A DNA stretch of 64,000 bases from Patescibacteria group bacterium (GTDB taxonomy: Bacteria; Patescibacteriota; Patescibacteriia; Veblenbacterales; UBA10138). The notes under the pieces are model-generated. The model searched no databases and was not told where the DNA came from. It saw only the letters and a program-made list of their open reading frames with translations. Position numbers and translations under genes: made by a program. The stretch lies in the NCBI GenBank assembly GCA_041645215.1, contig JBAZQK010000003.1:45723-109722 (forward strand), in the 5' to 3' direction. How positions within the stretch are numbered: position 1 is the first letter of the stretch; each line of letters begins with the position of its first letter. Positions 1 to 7,078 of this stretch are shown here, piece after piece.

Positions 1-816
1 CGGCGTCTCCACTGCCACATAAGCTCTGTCCAAAGCGTGGCGCGGACGGTACTGGGCGCGGCGCAACCAGTGATGCCGCTGGCTGATAATTTTACGGCGC
101 CAGGTTAACCAGGCGGTTACGTTCGCCACCGCTCCTGAATTAATATCTAACTCCTCCATAATGTCTTTAAGCCGCGAATCGCTTGCACTCAAAGCCACTA
201 GCAGCTCGGTTAGTTCCAAATGCTTAGTCTGACGCTGCCACGCCAACTCCGCGGCCCGTTGAAAAACTTTTATGCTATCGCCGGATAATTTTGCGTGCCA
301 GCCCTGTTCTTCATTAGCCAAAGACTGTTGTAAAAGCCGAATTAATCGACTAATATCAACGCCTAATCTGACCAAGACCCCTACCACCGTACGATTTTTT
401 AAAGCCGCGGCCATTAAATGAGTTGGGCTGACCTCGGTATGGGCCACTCGTTCAGCATAGTGATAAGCCTGTTCCAATACCCGCCAAATATCTTCACTTA
501 AGTACTCCTCTATTACGACGGTTGCCTGGTCGCGCGCCGGCACTTTGTACCAGTATTTTTCCCGATCAAATCGGTACCAAGTGTAACCAGCTAAAATTAT
601 ACTAAGCCACCAGGCCTTAGCTCCGGGATGAGGCGGCAAAAAAATATCCAAAGCTATAACGGCCGGCGCCTCCCACACTGAAACGACGCCGACTGCTCCT
701 GTCAACAAGGTTAACCATAAACTAACCTGCGCCAGCAAACGATAAGCAAACATACGCCAATGGCGAAAGTTTAAATCCTGTCTACTATAACTACTGAGCC
801 AAATGAATTCAGGCAC
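1..816 (-). CDS. Clp-family AAA+ ATPase (ClpA/B/C-like), CPR membrane-anchored type; N-terminal part, truncated at window edge
   Basis: Manual translation from GTG at 816 is open to position 1: hydrophobic N-terminus, Clp N-repeat-like segments (EVSPTHLMAAAL, LELTELLVAL), ending ...HALDRAYVAVETP just before the expected AAA domain. Confidence 0.7.
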   Translation of the reverse strand, partial: MPEFIWLSSYSRQDLNFRHWRMFAYRLLAQVSLWLTLLTGAVGVVSVWEAPAVIALDIFLPPHPGAKAWWLSIILAGYTWYRFDREKYWYKVPARDQATVVIEEYLSEDIWRVLEQAYHYAERVAHTEVSPTHLMAAALKNRTVVGVLVRLGVDISRLIRLLQQSLANEEQGWHAKLSGDSIKVFQRAAELAWQRQTKHLELTELLVALSASDSRLKDIMEELDINSGAVANVTAWLTWRRKIISQRHHWLRRAQYRPRHALDRAYVAVETP

Positions 817-818
817 GA

Positions 819-1172
819 TTAATTGCTAAAAATAATTAACAAACTTAAGGGTAAAATTACCAGCCACAACAAAATCGGAATTAAATAGACCACACCAGCC
901 ACTAGCAGATGAACCAATTTAACTATTAGCAAAATTGAGCGCATTACCAGACTGATAATACGCCCTTGCCAGGAATAATCCTGATACATTGGTTTAAAAA
1001 AATATTTAACAAATATACCCAAACCCACGCGAGCCCGCGTGTTGGCCCAGGCGCGCCCTGACCACGCCGCCAGCTGCTTTAAACCGCCGCCATACCACCA
1101 CCACGGAAAACGAACAACATCAGCCAAAAATTCAAAAATCAACTGGCCGGTCTGTTTCCAAATCAATAACAT
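819..1172 (-). CDS. Conserved CPR small membrane protein upstream of the Clp ATPase
   Basis: FPWWWYG, FFKPMYQDYSWQGR motifs and hydrophobic C-terminus; 2 nt gap to the next gene. Confidence 0.7.
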   Translation of the reverse strand: MLLIWKQTGQLIFEFLADVVRFPWWWYGGGLKQLAAWSGRAWANTRARVGLGIFVKYFFKPMYQDYSWQGRIISLVMRSILLIVKLVHLLVAGVVYLIPILLWLVILPLSLLIIFSN

Positions 1173-1177
1173 AAATA

Positions 1178-1430
1178 AATCAAAATGAAAATATCAAAAT
1201 GAAAAATGACAAAGCAAAATTATAAAAATTCCAAATCTTAAATCCTAATACCTTCCGCCAGCACGCCCCGCCGAATGGCGGGCAGGTTTATAGCCCGAGC
1301 GTATTTAAGACAGCGGCTTTGGCAGGCCCCGCTCAAGCTTGGGCAGGCGGGACTTGTACTTTTGATTTTTGACTTTTGAGCTTTGATTTTCCATATTGTA
1401 ATTTTGCATTTTGATTTTTCAATTTTACAT
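1178..1430. repeat. Inverted pair of degenerate ~7-mer tandem-repeat tracts with a GC-rich palindromic core
   Basis: aaatcaa/aatgaaa-type tract 1178-1245, complementary ttttgac/ttttgat tract 1360-1430, core ccgccagcacgccccgccgaatggcggg at ~1256-1283. Confidence 0.65.
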
Positions 1431-3346
1431 TATCTAACCACCACGCCCTTGCCCTGCGCCCCCAAATCATCGTCTAACTCGGTAGTAACAAATTTAGCGG
1501 TGGCAATTAAATCAGCGCCGGATACTGAATCACGAGCCGTGGCGGTGGTGGTTTTGGTCAGCACCAAAATTTTATCAGCATCGCTCTCCTCCGGCGTTAC
1601 CGCCAGCTCAAACCAAGCTTCGGGCTTGGTAAAAGTTATGCCCGCCCCGGCGGGCAAACGATTTAGCCGCCAACTAACCTCACGCGTGTTGGAATTATAA
1701 GTTACGGCTTGACCAGCCGAAACCGTCGTTTGCCCGGTCCAATTAACCCCCGCTGGCAAAGTGGCCGTTACTTCCATGTTTTCCAAATCATTAAGCGTAT
1801 TGCCCAACTGCCAGAATACGATGTAAGTAGTGGTTTGCCCAACCCGCGGCGGCAAAGGACCTGACCCCAGCTTAACCAACTGATCAGTATAATACCGGCC
1901 CTCAACCGCCAACGACATCAGCGAACTAAATTTGGTTTCTATTTGATTTGATTGCAGACTTATCGTTTGTAAATTGTTGTCAATCACCTGCTTAGCCTCG
2001 CCCGTCACTTGAGTCATAAAACTAACAGGTGATTTGGCTCCCCGCGGCAGACTAGTTACCGTATTAATTCGCCAAGTCAAAGTAACGCGCGATTTAGATT
2101 GAACGATTTTTAAAAATGGTACGGAGTCGCCCGACCAAGTAATCGTACCGGCGGTCTTATCCAACTGTCCGCCAAAATCGTCCCGCCAACTTGACCAATC
2201 TAAATAAACGGTTGACAACTGGACTTTAAGTTTAAAATCGCTGTAAGACAAATCGCCGTTATTAACAACGGCTAATTCGTATTTTATTTCCTGTCCGAGC
2301 GTCGCCTGACTTTTTAAACTGACATCATTAGCCGTCAGATTAAGACTTAATTGCGAACCTAATACCGCTACCTGCCAAACCTTTTCCTCTTGCACCGAAA
2401 ACACCTTATCGGTTCCGCCCCAAAAACCAATCGCCACACCGAGTGACTGGTCGCCAACCTGACTGGCTGAAGAAAATTTTCCTTTGAGTTCAAACTTGCC
2501 ATCGCCCTGCGGCTCAAGGTCTCTCAACCGCCAAACATTGTTTTGTCCACTTTCAGCCTCTAACGACGGCACTTCCAAATCAAAACCGCCGGGCAGATTA
2601 AGCCGCAACCGCAACCCGACTAACTTAGCCGTTGAACTATTATGATACTTAACCGCTAACGTAACCGGCTGATCAACCGCCACCTTAGCTAAGCCGGCCA
2701 AATCTAAATTAATGGCCGAGGCTACCAGCTTGGTGCTAAAACTTAAAGTTTTAGTAAATTGAGCTTTGATGTTGTTGGGCTCATAAACCACCAAAGCCGA
2801 AATTTTCTTATCGTCATTAAGGTCGCCAATCAGCTGACCGCGTATGGTTAATGCGCCAACTTGATTAGGACCAACGCCGGGAATAATAAAACGCGTTGTC
2901 TCCTGGTTGTCAGGCTGTAAACTGGCGTCCGCAAAAGTAAAACCGTCGGGATAACGTAAATTTATTTCAACCTGTTTTAAGCCAATCGCCTGATTATTGG
3001 CATAGGACAGGGTGTATTCCACCACCTGGCCAGACGGCAACTCGCTGGGCGCTGTTAATTTAAACTGCACGGCCTCTTCGCCAAACCTCGCCGGATTCCG
3101 CCCCAACCACAACCAACTGCCAATCGCGCCAATTATAAGAAAAACCAGTGCTGACATAATATAACCCCAACGACGGTGGCGGCGCGAACCGGCTATCAAT
3201 TTTGACAAATCAGCCACCGCCTGTTGGCGATAGATTTCATCCCATTTGGGTGTGGCGTTGGAATTAGTTAAATTATTAGATGACGACGGAGAATCGTCGG
3301 CATCATTGTAACTAATGGTAATATCATTAACTTGGCTTTTTTTCAT
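1430..3346 (-). CDS. Single-pass membrane protein with repeated beta-sandwich (DUF11-like) domains, CPR-typical
   Basis: TM segment WGYIMSALVFLIIGAIGSWLWL followed by beta-rich repeats, GPLPPRVGQTTTY motif; the ORF-track start 3382 lies inside a MITE, so ATG 3346 is more likely. Confidence 0.75.
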   Translation of the reverse strand: MKKSQVNDITISYNDADDSPSSSNNLTNSNATPKWDEIYRQQAVADLSKLIAGSRRHRRWGYIMSALVFLIIGAIGSWLWLGRNPARFGEEAVQFKLTAPSELPSGQVVEYTLSYANNQAIGLKQVEINLRYPDGFTFADASLQPDNQETTRFIIPGVGPNQVGALTIRGQLIGDLNDDKKISALVVYEPNNIKAQFTKTLSFSTKLVASAINLDLAGLAKVAVDQPVTLAVKYHNSSTAKLVGLRLRLNLPGGFDLEVPSLEAESGQNNVWRLRDLEPQGDGKFELKGKFSSASQVGDQSLGVAIGFWGGTDKVFSVQEEKVWQVAVLGSQLSLNLTANDVSLKSQATLGQEIKYELAVVNNGDLSYSDFKLKVQLSTVYLDWSSWRDDFGGQLDKTAGTITWSGDSVPFLKIVQSKSRVTLTWRINTVTSLPRGAKSPVSFMTQVTGEAKQVIDNNLQTISLQSNQIETKFSSLMSLAVEGRYYTDQLVKLGSGPLPPRVGQTTTYIVFWQLGNTLNDLENMEVTATLPAGVNWTGQTTVSAGQAVTYNSNTREVSWRLNRLPAGAGITFTKPEAWFELAVTPEESDADKILVLTKTTTATARDSVSGADLIATAKFVTTELDDDLGAQGKGVVVR

Positions 3347-3644
3347 ACCCAGTATATCAACTTGGCTTAACCACCTCAGCACGAACGTGACTAGACAAGA
3401 ATAAATGATTAAATAATTTTAGATAAGACATAAAGTTATAATAGCTGGTGGTTAGGGCGAGTGCTAGCCAAGTTGTATTACTGGGCATACCCAGTATATC
3501 AACTTGGCTTAACCACCTCAGCACGAGCGTGACTAGACAAGAATAAATGATTAAATAATTTTAGATAAGACATAAAGTTATAATAGCTGGTGGTTAGGGC
3601 GAGTGCTAGCCAAGTTGTATTACTGGGCATACCCAGTATATCAA

Positions 3645-3750
3645 CCCCGTAGAATCACGGCGGATACATCGATCAACCGTAATGTCCGGATTAATTGTAA
3701 GTAATTTGCGATTTTCATAAATATTGATTGTCCGCCGTAACTCTACGGGG
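3645..3750. mobile_element. Nested 106-bp MITE
   Basis: TIR CCCCGTAGA/TCTACGGGG; TCAA duplicated (3641-3644, 3751-3754); empty site visible in sister copies. Confidence 0.85.
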
Positions 3751-3855
3751 TCAACTTGGCTTAACCACCTCAGCACGAGCGTGACTAGACAAGAATAAAT
3801 GATTAAATAATTTTAGATAAGACATAAAGTTATAATAGCTGGTGGTTAGGGCGAG

Positions 3856-3964
3856 CCCAGAACCAAGAGCTATATAGGAAGTACTGATATTATTGCTATC
3901 CATTATTGGTAAGTAATGTGTTCCCGTGGCGATGCGAGGGTACCGTGCTTGCTCTGGTGCTGGG
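3856..3964. mobile_element. Nested 109-bp MITE
   Basis: Imperfect TIR CCCAGaACCAaGAGC/GCTCTGGTgCTGGG; CGAG duplicated (3852-3855, 3965-3968); empty site visible in sister copies. Confidence 0.85.
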
Positions 3965-4005
3965 CGAGTGCTAGCCAAGTTGTATTACTGGGCATACCAA
4001 TTACA

Positions 4006-4842
4006 TTATAGTACACTCTTAAGGACTTTGAGAGCCCTTAGCTCCTGACCGGTCTGGCCGCGCAAATAATCAGTTAAAAAGACTAATCCGACATTGGGGA
4101 TAAATGGCGCCAAGTTGGCCGGTTGATAATAAAGCCTCCACGGGTTTATCCGGCCGGCGTCGCCACTTGGCGCATCATCCATCCGCCTTGAGCGGACAGT
4201 CTTTTGCGCCGGCGGATAAAGCTGGCTCAGCCACTCCCTAACTTCATTGGGCAATACCACGGTTGAATCGGCGGCGAGGGTGCATTCTTTATGTAAAAAA
4301 CCGTGTCGCGTCCAGCTAAAATTAATTTCACCGTTTAAAACTTGTCCGCAAATATCGCATTTATTCAGGTAAACCATCAAGCCGGTCAAATGTAAAACCT
4401 CAATTATAAATTGCATCAATTTAGTACGCGCTTGCTCGCGCCAGAATTTATCATTAATTGACAACAACGCGGCCAACTCACTTAGATAACTGTCCAACAA
4501 ATCAAATAACCTATAATCGGTCTGGCCGTCGCGAGTTAAAGTGTCAACTATTTCCAAAAAACTACTGGCCAATATAATGGTTGGTAAATGATAAGGCGGT
4601 TTTAAATACACTTTTCTGACATTGGCCGAGGCCAAACGATCAATCGTACGGCCGCGGGCCGCCATAATATCTATGGTCGCAAATGGTAACAAATGCGGCG
4701 CCAATTTAGAACCGATTTTTTGGCTGCCGGCCGCCACCGCCTTAAATTTGCCGTACTCGCGCGAATACACCGTGTACAATCGGTCATTATCACGATAAGA
4801 ACTAACGCGCAAAACAAAACCATGGGTTAAATAAGTGGACAT
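4006..4842 (-). CDS. recO: DNA repair protein RecO, with a 29-codon element-derived insertion
   Basis: GFVLR..YRDNDRLYTVYSREYGK OB fold, SKLAPHL, C-terminal CDICG..GFLHKEC zinc site. Confidence 0.92.
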   Translation of the reverse strand: MSTYLTHGFVLRVSSYRDNDRLYTVYSREYGKFKAVAAGSQKIGSKLAPHLLPFATIDIMAARGRTIDRLASANVRKVYLKPPYHLPTIILASSFLEIVDTLTRDGQTDYRLFDLLDSYLSELAALLSINDKFWREQARTKLMQFIIEVLHLTGLMVYLNKCDICGQVLNGEINFSWTRHGFLHKECTLAADSTVVLPNEVREWLSQLYPPAQKTVRSRRMDDAPSGDAGRINPWRLYYQPANLAPFIPNVGLVFLTDYLRGQTGQELRALKVLKSVL

Positions 4843-4845
4843 AAA

Positions 4846-5547
4846 TTATTTAAAAAAGCCGTGCATTACTTTGGTTTTATAGCCTTTTGTAAATTCATAA
4901 ATAATCGACCAGAACACTCCAACAGCAAAAGAAAACATCACTTCCTCAATAGGAACACCCCATAAATTCAAGCCTATAAAATTACGCAAAGTATAAAAAC
5001 TACTGATAAAAGTCGGAAAGAATAAATTAAAAAGTACAAAAAGGAAACTGTATATAATACAAAAAAATATGCCACTAAAAATCATTTGCTGTATTAAATC
5101 TCTGCGATAGAACGCCATCATCGTAGCACCAATTAACATAGAAACCGAAACATTGTAAATGGTTTTATTGGGATAAATAAATTCTAAAAATACATAAAAC
5201 AATGCAAATATAATTAAAGCTAAGTAATGTGGATAGCGACGATTAAATAATTGCCTCTTTAACTTTCGCTGTTCTATAAATTCAAATATTACCGAAGCTA
5301 AACCACCACCCAAAAATCCAAACACAAGATCCTCAATTGAAAAACCTACTTTATTAACAAGATTAAATATCGTCGGTGGCCTCCAATATTCAGGAACATA
5401 TAAAAAATCCGTTATGGCTAACAAGCTACCGATTATACCAGCCCAAATCATTTCCTTTCTCAGGTCCACTCGTCGAACGAATATTATAAGCCATGGCACC
5501 AAAAGCAGACCGCACCCAATAATATAGGCATATTGCATATTAAACAA
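4846..5547 (-). CDS. Lycopene cyclase domain-containing membrane protein (two domains)
   Basis: Multi-TM; repeated SIEDLVF / GVPIEEVMF motifs of the CrtYc/d-type lycopene cyclase domain. Confidence 0.75.
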   Translation of the reverse strand: MFNMQYAYIIGCGLLLVPWLIIFVRRVDLRKEMIWAGIIGSLLAITDFLYVPEYWRPPTIFNLVNKVGFSIEDLVFGFLGGGLASVIFEFIEQRKLKRQLFNRRYPHYLALIIFALFYVFLEFIYPNKTIYNVSVSMLIGATMMAFYRRDLIQQMIFSGIFFCIIYSFLFVLFNLFFPTFISSFYTLRNFIGLNLWGVPIEEVMFSFAVGVFWSIIYEFTKGYKTKVMHGFFK

Positions 5548-5552
5548 AAAAA

Positions 5553-6746
5553 TTAAAATGATAAATACTTGGCAAACAACAACGCCAATTTAGGATATTT
5601 ATATATTAATTCATAACGGTAGTTAAAAAATACCTCAAAAGCATCCGCTGGATCCACACTTTGAAATCTATACATCAACTTATCAAGATCCTCATCTGTA
5701 AATTTACGATAAAGCGCCTTACCAATACGATATGAAATATTCCATCGCCAACCAAACAAATTACGCCATTCGTTTTCATACTTTTGCTCTAAACTAACAA
5801 TATCGGTACTACTCTTCAATGCTTGATCAATACATTTTGCGGCTAATTGACTTGTTTTAAAAGCATGCCTAATACCTTCAAATGCTAAGGGATTAACTTG
5901 AGAAGCCGCATCTCCAATCATAATAATATTTTTATAGGCGTGATATTTAACACCGGGCGAAATAAAACCACCACCACCGTGAATTTCTATTGGCTCTAAA
6001 TGATTAGAGACATCAAATTTGCCCATAAAACTCCTAAGCAACTGCTTTAATTCAGTATTGTTTGGCAGTCTACCCCATGACCCGATGCCTATCTTACATG
6101 CCCGACTCTCCTCCATGGGAAATATCCAAGCATAGCCTTGTGGTGCTACCTTGCCAAAATACAAGGCTACTGTTTTTTCAAAACCACTCGGCATACCAGA
6201 CAATTGCAGTTCAAGGGCGCTAGCTAAATCATCAGATTGTGTTTGGTTTAACTTTAAAAAAGAATTAGCAAACCCCCAGTGCCCGGTGGCGTCCACAATA
6301 TATTTGGCTCGCAACTCACCTTCGCCAAATATGCCCTTATATTTTAGGCCAACGATATTACTGCCCTCTTTAATAAACTCCGTGGCCGCCGCTCCCACCA
6401 TCGTATCGGCACCGTGACGCGCCGCGTCTTCAGCCAAAAACTTTTTAAGCGCCGCAAAATCAAACACATAACCGCGCGTCTCGGGATAAGTCCATTCGGC
6501 CACTTCATGGGTGGAGGCAAAATAAATCCGATTCCAAGTGGCGGAAAGAACTTTGGCTGGTAAATCAAATTCCTCAATAGTTTCGCGCGGCGTACCAGCC
6601 GTGGAATAATTCGGCTGACCAATCTCCTGCGAATGTTCTAGTAAAATAACCTTTCTACCCGCCTTAGCCAACTCACGCGCGCACTGTCCGCCCGCCGGTC
6701 CGGCGCCGATGACTATAACGTCGTAAAGCTTATTATCATTGGTCAT
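5553..6746 (-). CDS. Geranylgeranyl reductase-family FAD oxidoreductase
   Basis: YDVIVIGAGPAG Rossmann motif, GYAWIFP, IGDAASQVNPLAFEGI. Confidence 0.85.
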   Translation of the reverse strand: MTNDNKLYDVIVIGAGPAGGQCARELAKAGRKVILLEHSQEIGQPNYSTAGTPRETIEEFDLPAKVLSATWNRIYFASTHEVAEWTYPETRGYVFDFAALKKFLAEDAARHGADTMVGAAATEFIKEGSNIVGLKYKGIFGEGELRAKYIVDATGHWGFANSFLKLNQTQSDDLASALELQLSGMPSGFEKTVALYFGKVAPQGYAWIFPMEESRACKIGIGSWGRLPNNTELKQLLRSFMGKFDVSNHLEPIEIHGGGGFISPGVKYHAYKNIIMIGDAASQVNPLAFEGIRHAFKTSQLAAKCIDQALKSSTDIVSLEQKYENEWRNLFGWRWNISYRIGKALYRKFTDEDLDKLMYRFQSVDPADAFEVFFNYRYELIYKYPKLALLFAKYLSF

Positions 6747-6787
6747 ATTTTAGAACAAAATATTTACCTGTCAGTCTAAAGCCCCCT

Positions 6788-6885
6788 CGTCATTCTGAAC
6801 ACATTCGCTGTGCTCAGTGTAAACTCCGTGAAGAATCCAGATTCTTCCCTCACCCCGCCTGGCGGCGGGGTTCCTTCAGAATGAC
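6788..6885. repeat. GTCATTCTGA...TCAGAATGAC (CGTC-type REP-like) palindromic element
   Basis: Terminal inverted repeats; relatives at 15222-15323, 15955-15994, 19442-19512, 53199-53286, ~53947-54075. Confidence 0.75.
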
Positions 6886-6910
6886 AATCTAAAATGAATT
6901 TTAAGACTAG

Positions 6911-7077
6911 TAGAACTTACGCGTTTGAGCCAAGTTCGAGGCAAAACCGAGCATTTGAGCGAGCCGTAGTAAAACTACGGTGAACGAAAAGCGGAGGGTT
7001 TAACGAAGAAATTGGCCAAAGCCGCTTGAGGGGTCGTCCCTGCGCCCGCCCTGCAAGCGGCAAGCGCGTAAGTCCTA
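6911..7077. mobile_element. MITE with TAGGACTTACGC-type TIRs
   Basis: TAGAACTTACGCG...CGCGTAAGTCCTA; same ends at 15204-15351 and 53183-53329, solo ends near 34898, 53115, 57382. Confidence 0.75.
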
Positions 7078-7078
7078 A

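Larger units (their letters stand above)
3348..3992. mobile_element. Three tandem copies of a 138-bp MITE (3348-3485, 3490-3627, 3632-3992) separated by CATA; third copy carries two nested MITEs
   Basis: Imperfect TIR CCCAGTAtatCAACTTGGCT...AGCCAAGTTGtatTACTGGG; CATA at 3344, 3486, 3628, 3993. Confidence 0.85.

Noticed and set aside
3348-3992. CRISPR array
   Set aside because: Units are 138 bp with TIRs and 4-bp duplications, there are no unique spacers and no cas genes; MITEs explain it better
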